DNA from: an uncultured archaeon
GTDB taxonomy: Archaea > Asgardarchaeota > Thorarchaeia > Thorarchaeales > Thorarchaeaceae
DNA length: 64,000 bases
NCBI GenBank assembly: GCA_964473825.1
Contig: CAYYQL010000001.1
Location: forward strand, 192,001 to 256,000
Reading direction: 5' to 3'
Below, in pieces: positions 8,567 to 17,492 of this stretch. A program made the translations under genes and the position numbers. The first letter of the stretch is position 1. Each line of letters begins with the position of its first letter. Under the pieces are notes generated by a model, which saw only the letters and a list, made by a program, of their open reading frames with translations, searched no databases and was not told where the DNA came from.

Positions 8567-10138
8567 TTACTCTTCGATGACCGTATCGCCAGAAGATTGT
8601 GTTTCATCACGGCCTCTCTCATCCAAGGACTCAAGTCCATCTTCGTCCTCCACAATGGCTTCGTCGACCTCTTGCTCTGATTCGGAAGAGCTTTCCTCTG
8701 CGGGCTCGACCTCAGCTGGGTATTCGTTATCTCCCTCATATGCAGAACTCTCTTCGAATGCTTCAGCCAGCTCTTCCTCCCCACGAATTTCTTCCTTAGT
8801 TGGCATCATTGGTTTCCCTTCATCGATTGCCACCTGCAGCTTCTCTATCTGCGACTTTCTGGCAAAGTACAGGGCGATGATTACTGCAACAGAAAGTGCA
8901 GCACCAACAAATGTGAGTGTAGTCTGAAATTCACTGGCCGCGCCTCCGAGTAATTGCTGCCAAGTCAGCACAAGGAAGGCGAGACCTCCAATGTTCATTA
9001 CGAAACTGCGTAACGGTGTTTCCACTTTGGTGATCTCAGTCAGTCCAGTGTCAACCATGGCTGCCGAGATGACTCCAGCGTTATACTCATTGGACTTTGT
9101 CTTCTTAGCAAGATTCCTGACGGAGAGAGCCTTCTTTTTGTCCAGTACCCTCATGGCCCGAGGAACCTTCTCAACAAGGACCTCAGCATACTCTCGCTTT
9201 GCCTCCTCAACATCAATATCACACTTCTTACACCTGTCCTCTTTGCCGTTCCATTTCCGTATGCAGCGCGGACATTTCTTCGCAGGCCAAGCATCAGGTG
9301 CAACTTCACGAAGACGCTGCTTCAACATATACTCGCTGACTTGCAACTGTTCAGGTGATGCATCCTTTTTCTTCATCTCCTTGACCGCCGAGAATAGAGC
9401 TGGCATCGCACCAATGACAGTCAAGTTGGGTAGAGAACGTATCTCTCCAGCCTTTTTCTGAATCGAACGGACCTTATGTGCAGTCTGGATGCCGTCGAAA
9501 AGATGCTTGAAATTGAATCCGAAGCCCGCAACAGCACTCACTGTTGCGACCGCGGTTGCAGCACCAGCAACAGTGTACAGGACATCAGTCAAGTCTTCCG
9601 ACGGAATGTTGAAGTAAAAGTCCAAGGTGAATATGTGTGGGTCGTCTACACCGAGAGTTTCACCTTCGAGGTAGTACTGGAAATCGACACCTGCCTGAAA
9701 TGTTCCAGTAGCAATCTGAACCGGAAAGCCTGAAACCTCAGCCTCGATAATAGAAGCAAAGTCAACATCCGCCTCAACGGCAGGAATCGTCATCTCGGGA
9801 GAGATCATCTGTGTTACATTCTGTTGGATTCCAATAGTGAATATTCGAAAACCCTGATAATAGAAGCCAATGGATCCACTCAGGTTATAGACTGATTCTG
9901 TTCCAATCACATCAACTTCTAAGTGCAGAGTCATAGGGGCTTCCATATCGATTACAATCGGGTTGAGCTGGTTAGCATCCGTAAGAGACTGACCGTTTAG
10001 TGTAACATACAGTTGAATGTGTTCGTCCCCGAACCAGTCATCAGCCGGCTGTGCAGTGCTAGTTCCCACGAACATGAGAAAGGCCATCAAGATGGCAAAT
10101 GCAACCAAGATGAGAGATCGTCGTCCTCTGAGTATCAT
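8567..10138 (-). CDS. Hypothetical membrane protein: signal peptide, ectodomain, TM, Zn ribbon, wHTH-like segment, 2 TM, acidic tail
   Basis: ATG at 10138 after GGAGG; hydrophobic segments; CPRC..CKKC; Glu/Asp/Ser-rich C-terminus. Confidence 0.8.
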   Translation of the reverse strand: MILRGRRSLILVAFAILMAFLMFVGTSTAQPADDWFGDEHIQLYVTLNGQSLTDANQLNPIVIDMEAPMTLHLEVDVIGTESVYNLSGSIGFYYQGFRIFTIGIQQNVTQMISPEMTIPAVEADVDFASIIEAEVSGFPVQIATGTFQAGVDFQYYLEGETLGVDDPHIFTLDFYFNIPSEDLTDVLYTVAGAATAVATVSAVAGFGFNFKHLFDGIQTAHKVRSIQKKAGEIRSLPNLTVIGAMPALFSAVKEMKKKDASPEQLQVSEYMLKQRLREVAPDAWPAKKCPRCIRKWNGKEDRCKKCDIDVEEAKREYAEVLVEKVPRAMRVLDKKKALSVRNLAKKTKSNEYNAGVISAAMVDTGLTEITKVETPLRSFVMNIGGLAFLVLTWQQLLGGAASEFQTTLTFVGAALSVAVIIALYFARKSQIEKLQVAIDEGKPMMPTKEEIRGEEELAEAFEESSAYEGDNEYPAEVEPAEESSSESEQEVDEAIVEDEDGLESLDERGRDETQSSGDTVIEE

Positions 10139-10280
10139 CGTTGTTCCTCCTGCAGAGTTATTCTTGCAACATAACCCGTTGGTCACAAAAGGGTTTTGCA
10201 TCTGGCCTCTTGAATCGCTCAACTGCACTGCAAGCATGCATTGTATTCACCGAGTCACAGCGAATCTATCTAGGTCTAAG

Positions 10281-10313
10281 AATAAAAGAGGGAAAGAGGG
10301 GTGGTTTCCCCTC
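10281..10313 (-). terminator. Hairpin + U-rich terminator of the hydrogenase operon
   Basis: Minus strand GAGGGG-AAACCA-CCCCTC then TTTCCCTCTTTTATT, about 10 nt after the hydA stop. Confidence 0.6.
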
Positions 10314-10322
10314 GTTGATGAA

Positions 10323-11603
10323 TTACAGGACCTCGGCCAGATGACAAGAGCAACTGATACAGGGATCGTATGCCCTGATTAGACGATTGAGCATAAGCTC
10401 GATCTCCTGACGACTCCCACCGGCAATCTGCGGAAATAGTGCTCTGACATCCTCTTCCATGTTCGTGTAGTTCATGGTAGTCGGAGCAATAATATCCGCA
10501 GTCTTGAGCAGACCATCCTTGTCGAACTCGTACGAATGGACAAGAGTTCCTCGAGGAGCCTCTGTCATTGCTGTACCCTTCCCAGCCTTGGGAACAGTCT
10601 CGGGCTCGTGCCACTCCAAGTCTGATGACAAAAGACTGCTTATCGTTTCATCAGCCATATCAAACACCTGGGCCGTCTCGATGAGCTGAGCAGCATTATT
10701 GTGGAACGTGTTGTAGCTGGGTAGTTCGATGCCCAAGGTCTTCAATGCAGACTTGGCAAAGGGAGATAGTAGATCTCGGTTGATATTCAAGCGAGCTAGG
10801 GCACCGACAAAGATGCCGTGACCATCTCTGATTCCGGCCTTTGCGTAGCTGTACTCAGGAACCCTCTCGGTGATGTATTGCTTGTAGTCTTCGACCGGCG
10901 CCCGAACGCCGCTGAGTGATGCAAGGTCACCACCAACAAGAGCATATTCATCATCTTTCCGAAGAGCGAAGTAGTCCGTTTTGCGTTCGAACTCCGGCTC
11001 CTCAAGACCGGCCCAGACATCGAGGCAGGTCTGTAGGTCAGCCCGTGCACCTTGAAGTCTGTCGCGAAGCACTTCCAAATCTTGATGTGCAGGGTAAGCC
11101 GAGAAACCCCCAACCATAGGAGTCACTTGATGAACCTCACGTCCTCCTGTAAGAATCTGGAGATCGTTCCCCAGTTTCTTAAGTTTCAGGGCAATCTTGA
11201 CAACATCGGGAAAATCCGTAGCAGCTGAAATAACGCTCTCATGACCAACATAGTCGGGAAGCGCCAAGTATAGCGCGTGGAGAATATGCGACTCTATGTA
11301 TTCACCCCAGATAAGCAACCTTCGTAGGTCTGTAACCTGCTGGTCGACTTCTATACCCATTGCCTTCTCTACAGCCTTTGTGGAAACAACTCTGTGAGAT
11401 GCACTGCAGATGGCGCAGATCCGACATGCTATCTCGGGGACTTCGGTGTATTCTCTACCCTGAAGGAATGCCTCAAAGAGTCGAGCCCCCTCATCAACAG
11501 CCATCTTCACGTCAACCAGCTCGCCGTCCTTCGTCGTAACGTAGAGGGATCCATGTCCTTCAACACGAGCTATATGTTTAATGTCAATACTCTCAGTACC
11601 CAT
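10323..11603 (-). CDS. hydA: Group 3b [NiFe] hydrogenase (sulfhydrogenase) large/alpha subunit
   Basis: ARVEGHG, L1 RICAIC, EAPRG, L2 DPCISCSCH plus a short C-terminal extension. Confidence 0.96.
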   Translation of the reverse strand: MGTESIDIKHIARVEGHGSLYVTTKDGELVDVKMAVDEGARLFEAFLQGREYTEVPEIACRICAICSASHRVVSTKAVEKAMGIEVDQQVTDLRRLLIWGEYIESHILHALYLALPDYVGHESVISAATDFPDVVKIALKLKKLGNDLQILTGGREVHQVTPMVGGFSAYPAHQDLEVLRDRLQGARADLQTCLDVWAGLEEPEFERKTDYFALRKDDEYALVGGDLASLSGVRAPVEDYKQYITERVPEYSYAKAGIRDGHGIFVGALARLNINRDLLSPFAKSALKTLGIELPSYNTFHNNAAQLIETAQVFDMADETISSLLSSDLEWHEPETVPKAGKGTAMTEAPRGTLVHSYEFDKDGLLKTADIIAPTTMNYTNMEEDVRALFPQIAGGSRQEIELMLNRLIRAYDPCISCSCHLAEVL

Positions 11604-12376
11604 TAGAATTCCAACTCCTTAAACTCAGGCATGTCAGCCACTGACGGGCAATACTTCAAGAACTTCCGTCGTACATCATCGGCTGTAGCACCTATCTCCT
11701 TCAAGATCTTCACTTCGGCGGCCCAGTTAGCCTCAGGGGCAGGCCCCCTGCAGCCCTCACAGACAGCTCCGTGTGAGGGACAGAGAGCATTGCATCCGGC
11801 TTGTGTGATTGGGCCCATGCAAAACTTACCCTCTTTCAACAGGCATATGTTCTCAAGTGCCTTGCATTCTCCACAGACGCTGTATTGAGGCATGTACGGT
11901 CGCTTACCCATGACCAGTGACTTGACAATCTCAATGAACTCGTTCTTCTCCATTGGACAGCCAGGTAGTTCATAGTCTACATCTACATAGGCAGAAACAG
12001 GTTTGATGGGAATCGCGTCAATGTGCTCATTATCGTCACCATAGACAATCCGAGTCATCTCCTCGATATCCCTGAAATTACGAAGGCCAGGCAATCCGCC
12101 ATGAGTGGCACATGCCCCAATGGCAACGAGGATCCCTGATTTCTCACGGATTTTCTTAACTCGTTCCACCTCGGACTGCTTCGCAACAGACCCCTCAACA
12201 AAAGCAACATCCCAAGGGCCTTCGCTGTTGTCTTGCTTCGCCATAACCCAGCTGGTAATGTCAACCAGGTTCAGAATATCCAGAAGGTTGTCCTCAATAT
12301 TGAGAATGTTCAACTGACAGCCAGCACAGCCCGTGAGACCGAAGATGCCGACAGTGGGCTTTCCGTTGTTACTCAA
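11603..12376 (-). CDS. hydD: Group 3b [NiFe] hydrogenase small/delta subunit
   Basis: GCAGC, EGSV, GACA..GG, PGCP, distal Cys cluster motifs. Confidence 0.95.
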   Translation of the reverse strand: MSNNGKPTVGIFGLTGCAGCQLNILNIEDNLLDILNLVDITSWVMAKQDNSEGPWDVAFVEGSVAKQSEVERVKKIREKSGILVAIGACATHGGLPGLRNFRDIEEMTRIVYGDDNEHIDAIPIKPVSAYVDVDYELPGCPMEKNEFIEIVKSLVMGKRPYMPQYSVCGECKALENICLLKEGKFCMGPITQAGCNALCPSHGAVCEGCRGPAPEANWAAEVKILKEIGATADDVRRKFLKYCPSVADMPEFKELEF

Positions 12377-13219
12377 TCAGATCGCCTCCTGTAGTTGCTC
12401 TACCTCAAAGATAGAGAAGACTGGCCCATCCATGCACGTGAGCTTATGGCCAATCTGGCAGTGAGCGCACTTACCCACTCCACACTTCATTCGTCTCTCG
12501 AGCGAAACGAGAATCTCATCGCGTCCAATCCCGATTTTCAAGAGCTCTTTCACAACGAACTTGTACATCACCGGCGGACCGCAGACCAGAGCAACTGTAT
12601 CAGGGTCAATGTCTCGCTTCTGGAAGAGGGTTGTGACGACACCGACGTTACCACTCCAGTTCTTATCGCCCACGTCCACAGTCATCAGAAAGTCAACATC
12701 ATCTAAGGCATCCCACGCGGCGATCTCATCCTTGAAGATAATCTCGGATGGGCTTCTCGTACCATAGAAGATTGTCACATCTCCAAATTGAGAGCGTCTA
12801 TCAATCACATAATTGATCAGTGACCGTAGCGGGACAAGTCCGATACCCCCGGCAACGAAGAGGAGATTCCGTCCCTTGAGATCCTCAGTTGGAAAGCCAT
12901 TACCATAGGGACCCCTAATCCCAACGATATCACCAATCTCCAGATTGTGGATTGCATTGGTGACGCTTCCGGTTCTGCGGATTCCAAGCTCGATGAACCC
13001 CTTTCTCGTTGGGGTCGAACTTATCGAGAACGGGGCCTCACCTATGCCGAACATGCTCAGTTGGACGAACTGACCGGGTCGATAGTCGAATAAGGCACGC
13101 AATTTGGAATCCACAAACTCGAATTCAAAGAGGGTTTCAGTATCACTCATCTTCCTTTTTGAAACCAGCTTGGCTAGGTCTGGAACGTACACGTTTTCTT
13201 TCTTGACTTGTAGTTGCAT
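12377..13219 (-). CDS. hydG: Group 3b hydrogenase gamma subunit (FAD/NAD(P)-binding, 2Fe-2S)
   Basis: PGQF, GEAPFSISS, RGPYGNGF, AGGIG, CGPPVM, ERRMKCGVGKCAHC..C. Confidence 0.95.
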   Translation of the reverse strand: MQLQVKKENVYVPDLAKLVSKRKMSDTETLFEFEFVDSKLRALFDYRPGQFVQLSMFGIGEAPFSISSTPTRKGFIELGIRRTGSVTNAIHNLEIGDIVGIRGPYGNGFPTEDLKGRNLLFVAGGIGLVPLRSLINYVIDRRSQFGDVTIFYGTRSPSEIIFKDEIAAWDALDDVDFLMTVDVGDKNWSGNVGVVTTLFQKRDIDPDTVALVCGPPVMYKFVVKELLKIGIGRDEILVSLERRMKCGVGKCAHCQIGHKLTCMDGPVFSIFEVEQLQEAI

Positions 13220-14287
13220 CTACTTCACCTCACTCAATGGAACTTCCCAGAGGGTGGAGAGCTCTCTCAGAACCTCTTTGATGCTTATGTCACTCGGACA
13301 AGCAGCGGTGCATCGCCCGCATCCCGTACATCCAATTATACCGTGCTCATTAGCAAAGCCGCGCATCTTGTGATAGAACCGATACTTGAGACGAGCTGCA
13401 GGTGTGTCTCGGAAATTATGCCCTCCTGCTACAAGAGCGAACTCTTGGAACAGACAGGCATCCCATTTGCGTGTTCTGTCAGCGGAGGCAAGAGAGATGT
13501 CAAGCTCGTCGATAACATCATAGCAGTAACATGTGGGACACACCATTGCACAGGCTCCACAATTGACACAGTCCTCAGCTATCTTGTCCCATACAGGATG
13601 TGAGAAAGAGAGGTCGAGGTATTCATTTATGCCCTCGAGGTCCACCTCATGAGGAAGAGATTCCTGCTTATGCTTTAGAGCATCTTTGAAGGATTGAATA
13701 TCATTCTCATCGGCTGTTTCGAATAGATTCTGTGCCATGTGGATGAGGTGTTCCCCCTTTGCAGTTCCTACTTGGACGAAGTATCTCTCGCCATCTATGG
13801 GTGTTAGAAACAGGTCGTATCCTTCAATTACATGATGTGTATTCATTGACCGGCAGAAGCCATATTCACAAGGCTCCAGACAATTCAGGCCGACCAACGT
13901 GGTATTCTCTCGTCGAATCCTGTAATAATGATCCACATACTGCCCCCCAAACACCTTATCAAGAAGCAGAATGCCATTGAGGTCACACGAATGGACACCA
14001 AGAATCAATCTAGGGCGCTCTGCCCTGAGGGCGTCGAGGGTGTCTTCGATATTCTTATCTTCCAAGTTGAAAGTCATCATGACCTCACTGGGTGGTTGGA
14101 AGTATTTCCTAGGTGACAGGATTGTACTGTCATAGGCCATGTCAATCTGCGCGGAGTCATCGATCTTATCGAAGACGTGCTTGGTGCGCTTCTTGACCGG
14201 ACCAAAGATATCGAAGCTGTCTTTTGCAGACTCGCTCAGCTTAACGATATCATCTTGTTTCATCACATATGAGGGACACATTCTCAT
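13220..14287 (-). CDS. hydB: Group 3b hydrogenase beta subunit (4Fe-4S dicluster)
   Basis: SCD, CVNCGACAMVCPTCYC, WDAC, CTGCGRCTAACP; start uncertain (14263-14359). Confidence 0.94.
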   Translation of the reverse strand: MRMCPSYVMKQDDIVKLSESAKDSFDIFGPVKKRTKHVFDKIDDSAQIDMAYDSTILSPRKYFQPPSEVMMTFNLEDKNIEDTLDALRAERPRLILGVHSCDLNGILLLDKVFGGQYVDHYYRIRRENTTLVGLNCLEPCEYGFCRSMNTHHVIEGYDLFLTPIDGERYFVQVGTAKGEHLIHMAQNLFETADENDIQSFKDALKHKQESLPHEVDLEGINEYLDLSFSHPVWDKIAEDCVNCGACAMVCPTCYCYDVIDELDISLASADRTRKWDACLFQEFALVAGGHNFRDTPAARLKYRFYHKMRGFANEHGIIGCTGCGRCTAACPSDISIKEVLRELSTLWEVPLSEVK

Positions 14288-14516
14288 CAGTCCTTGTCTA
14301 TCGTCCAAGTTTCGGCTTGTAAGTTTCCCAATAAGGATTAGGGAATCGCAAACATACATAATCCGAGGGTTTTTTATCGATTTGCAAAGGTTTTCTGCTG
14401 TTCGTATCTAAATCGAACACAAGGTACGAAGAAGATGTCAAGTGGGTTCTCATCCAGCTCTGTGTGGTGCTTATCTATTAACCAGAGATATACGATTTTA
14501 GAAGGGATAGATTATC

Positions 14517-14990
14517 ATGAACGAATACCTGATCGAGCTCAATCAGGTCACCGCAATCTGCAACCTAGAACCATCCATGGCGTTCCTCAAGATCAGGTTC
14601 AAGGTCCTGGACATCGTTGAACACCGAATTGTTACCTCGAGAAGAACAGAACGACACTATCGAATTGTAGTGGCCAGAATTGCTGACACTACAGGAATGA
14701 TAGACCTTGTTCTGTGGGACAACGATATTGACCTGATTGAGACAGGGCGCTCTTATCTTCTGATTAATGGATATGTGCAAGTCTACAATGAGTCTATGGC
14801 GTTGAAGAAAGGTGCTGATGGTACTATCCGTTGCATCACGAGTTCCGGCTTCTCAACAATCTCATCTAAGGACATGAGCAAACCTTTCGCTTGGAAAGAC
14901 ACGAAGAAGAAGGAAGCAACAACAGGAAGGACGTTCTCCGGACGAGCCGCTCGGGAGAGTAGAGGCTACTGTGTAAAGAAGGACTTCTGA
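14517..14990 (+). CDS. Single OB-fold ssDNA-binding protein (crenarchaeal SSB / RPA-like)
   Basis: IADTTGMIDLVLWD, INGYVQVYN..M.L..G; basic unstructured tail. Confidence 0.8.
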   Translation: MNEYLIELNQVTAICNLEPSMAFLKIRFKVLDIVEHRIVTSRRTERHYRIVVARIADTTGMIDLVLWDNDIDLIETGRSYLLINGYVQVYNESMALKKGADGTIRCITSSGFSTISSKDMSKPFAWKDTKKKEATTGRTFSGRAARESRGYCVKKDF

Positions 14991-15038
14991 TAGCATCCAT
15001 GCCGAATACCTTTTGACTGAAGATACACAGAGAGGGAA

Positions 15039-15953
15039 ATGGTGTACTTGTTGCGTGTAGCGTTCCAAGATGAGACTATTCCCTATCCCATTGCTCCACT
15101 TCGTGGGTGGCTGCTTCTTGCTGGGATGAACCGACTTGAATGCGAACAGACGCTTGACAGCATGTCCACCGGACACAGACGCGGTGTTTTTGAATCAGAA
15201 AGAGGTCTCATTGAGGAACTGAAGACGAAGGCCTCAGAGCTTGGCGCGAGATATGCCGATTCGCTTGAGACACTCTTTCGATATGAAGCCTTTCGCCGTG
15301 AAGGTAGAGTACCTCCTCTGACACTGATGATTGAGGGTGCATCTGCTACTGGGAAATCCATGGTTGCATTGATCGCAATCGAGCTGCTAGCGGTCACCAG
15401 AATCATTAGTACAGACACGATACGCCAACTACTACGAACCAGATCCGACGAGTCCATTCATCCGGAGTTGTTTGTACACACCTATCAGGCTCATGAATTC
15501 CGTCAGGAGGGAGCGGAGAGGCTGCCTCCGGTCGTACGTGGATACCTAGCGCAATGCCGGTTGATGAGGAAAGATATCTCATCCACGATAGAACGCATTC
15601 TCACTGAAGGAATACACTCGATTGTCGAAGGGGTCCATATTGAACCAAGCCGGTATTCGCATCTATCGGAGGGTCTCCTAGAGATACTTGTAGACCCCTC
15701 AGAGGAAACCCATAGGGCGATGTTTCTCACCAAGCTTTCTGCAACGGGTCTAAGAAGTGTGCAAGGCAGCTCTCAACAAAGACTGGATGAGTTCAGGGCC
15801 ACAAGAGAAATCCAGCACTACCTTAAGCAAGACGCAGAAAGCGGGAGTGTGGCAACACTCAGTCTTGCCGACTATCGTTCTGCATCTCTTGAGTTAGCAG
15901 AGATTCTGATGGGGAAGATAAAGACCATTCTACAGACCGTAGAGGATAAGTAG
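15039..15953 (+). CDS. 2-phosphoglycerate kinase-like P-loop kinase
   Basis: Walker A GASATGKS, IISTDTIRQ, IVEGVH. Confidence 0.8.
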   Translation: MVYLLRVAFQDETIPYPIAPLRGWLLLAGMNRLECEQTLDSMSTGHRRGVFESERGLIEELKTKASELGARYADSLETLFRYEAFRREGRVPPLTLMIEGASATGKSMVALIAIELLAVTRIISTDTIRQLLRTRSDESIHPELFVHTYQAHEFRQEGAERLPPVVRGYLAQCRLMRKDISSTIERILTEGIHSIVEGVHIEPSRYSHLSEGLLEILVDPSEETHRAMFLTKLSATGLRSVQGSSQQRLDEFRATREIQHYLKQDAESGSVATLSLADYRSASLELAEILMGKIKTILQTVEDK

Positions 15954-16025
15954 CCCCCCCATCTCTGCGTAGCACCCTTGTGGCAGTCATCCAACTGAGG
16001 CCGCTTGGGAGATGGAGACGGACCC

Positions 16026-17438
16026 ATGTGGAAAAATGATTCGCTTGACAGGCTCTTCAATCCAGAGTCGGTTGCAGTGATCGGAGCTTCGGACAAAGCA
16101 GAAAAACTCGGGGCTCTCACTCTTGTTGCTCTGTCAAACTACAGAGGCAAAGTGTTTCCTGTTAACCCCCGGCTAGACAGGATTGGAAACCTAGAATGTT
16201 ACCCTGAGATAGGTGCAATTGGTCAAAAGGTAGATCTTGCAATCATAGCTCTTGGTCCAAAACACATACTTCCGACCATTCAGGAGTGCGCCGAGGCAGG
16301 GGTCGGCGGAGCAATCGTCTTCTCAGCCGGATTTAAGGAGCTCGGCGAGGTAGGTGCTGAAGCTCAACGTGAGCTTCAGAGTGTTGCCGATTCTGGCAAG
16401 ATTGCAGTGATTGGCCCTAACTGCCTTGGCGCTGGAAATGTGAACCTAGATCTCAACGCCACGTTCTTCCCACATCCTGTAAGCCTTCGGAAAGGGTCTG
16501 TTGCCGTTATCAGTCAAAGCGGGGGCGTATCTGGTCTCATGCTATACAGAGCGGCTGATAATGGAGTGGGGGTATCAAAATTCGCGAGCGTCGGTAACCG
16601 CGTGAACATAGACTTCGGAGACCTTCTGCGATACCTCCGAGATGATTCAGAGACCAGTACTATATGCATGTTCATTGAAGGAACAGAAAAGGCAAGGGAC
16701 ATGTACTCGGAGATGCGCAAAACAACTCGAGAGAAACCGGTTCTTGTGTTCAAGGTTGGCAAGACACCTGCATCAAGAGAAGCTGCACTGAGTCACACAG
16801 GGAGTATGGCGGGGAAGGCAGAGATATACTCTGCTGCAATCAAGCAGGCTGGTGCGTTAGAACTCCCAAGCATAGTAGACATGATGGACACAGCGAAGGT
16901 TGTTTCGACTGCCAAGTCAATACCTACAGGCACCAAGGTGGCGGTGATAACCCACAGTCTGGGGATTGCGCTGATTGCTGCACAGACATTGGAGGAGAAT
17001 GGAATGGAATTGCCTGTTCCGGATAGTGATACAGCGTCCAGAATTGAAGAACTCCTGGAAATGCCTGTTCATGTGCCCATCAAGAATCCCATTGATCTCC
17101 TTGCCAAGGGTTGGGCCGAACCCGATGTTTTTGCCAAGGCCTTTCAGATAATAGCCGAGAAACCCGAGTATGACGCTCTACTAACTGTCTTCTCACCAAA
17201 TTACCAAGAGGGAATCGGTGGAGGAATGCCAGTAGAGAGGATTGTTGAAGTCACGACCAGGTGCGAGAAACTGGTTGTCAGTGTGCTTAACTCTCCCGAG
17301 GATAGAGCTCCACCAAAGGTTGAGGTTCTTGAACAGGGGGGCATTCCGTTCTTTTCAAGCCCTCAAAGAGCCGGTAGAGCCCTGGCTAATGCACTCAAAC
17401 TCAGCCAGACGAGGTCGAAACCCAGATATGACGAATAA
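16026..17438 (+). CDS. Acyl-CoA synthetase (ADP-forming) alpha subunit
   Basis: LFNPESVAVIGAS, PVNP, GPNCLG, SQSGG, phospho-His motif SHTGSMAG, NPIDL; no ATP-grasp beta domain. Confidence 0.92.
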   Translation: MWKNDSLDRLFNPESVAVIGASDKAEKLGALTLVALSNYRGKVFPVNPRLDRIGNLECYPEIGAIGQKVDLAIIALGPKHILPTIQECAEAGVGGAIVFSAGFKELGEVGAEAQRELQSVADSGKIAVIGPNCLGAGNVNLDLNATFFPHPVSLRKGSVAVISQSGGVSGLMLYRAADNGVGVSKFASVGNRVNIDFGDLLRYLRDDSETSTICMFIEGTEKARDMYSEMRKTTREKPVLVFKVGKTPASREAALSHTGSMAGKAEIYSAAIKQAGALELPSIVDMMDTAKVVSTAKSIPTGTKVAVITHSLGIALIAAQTLEENGMELPVPDSDTASRIEELLEMPVHVPIKNPIDLLAKGWAEPDVFAKAFQIIAEKPEYDALLTVFSPNYQEGIGGGMPVERIVEVTTRCEKLVVSVLNSPEDRAPPKVEVLEQGGIPFFSSPQRAGRALANALKLSQTRSKPRYDE

Positions 17439-17492
17439 TAGGTCAATGACTATGCTCCCCCGTATGGGGCTCCAGTGGAGGACAAATGTTCA

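Noticed and set aside
10323-10370. Possible selenocysteine ([NiFeSe]) hydrogenase
   Set aside because: The L2 motif is DPCISC with Cys codons; there is no in-frame TGA.
11603-14359. hydB-hydG-hydD are in one frame separated only by single TAG and TGA codons. The same holds for the dehydratase operon, the 35477/35481 junction and the 54014/54018 junction, suggesting possible Pyl/Sec read-through polyproteins
   Set aside because: The hydG, hydD and 38411 starts have SD motifs and each ORF is a full-length family member. The stops are not at conserved Cys or catalytic positions. About a third of junctions are in frame by chance.
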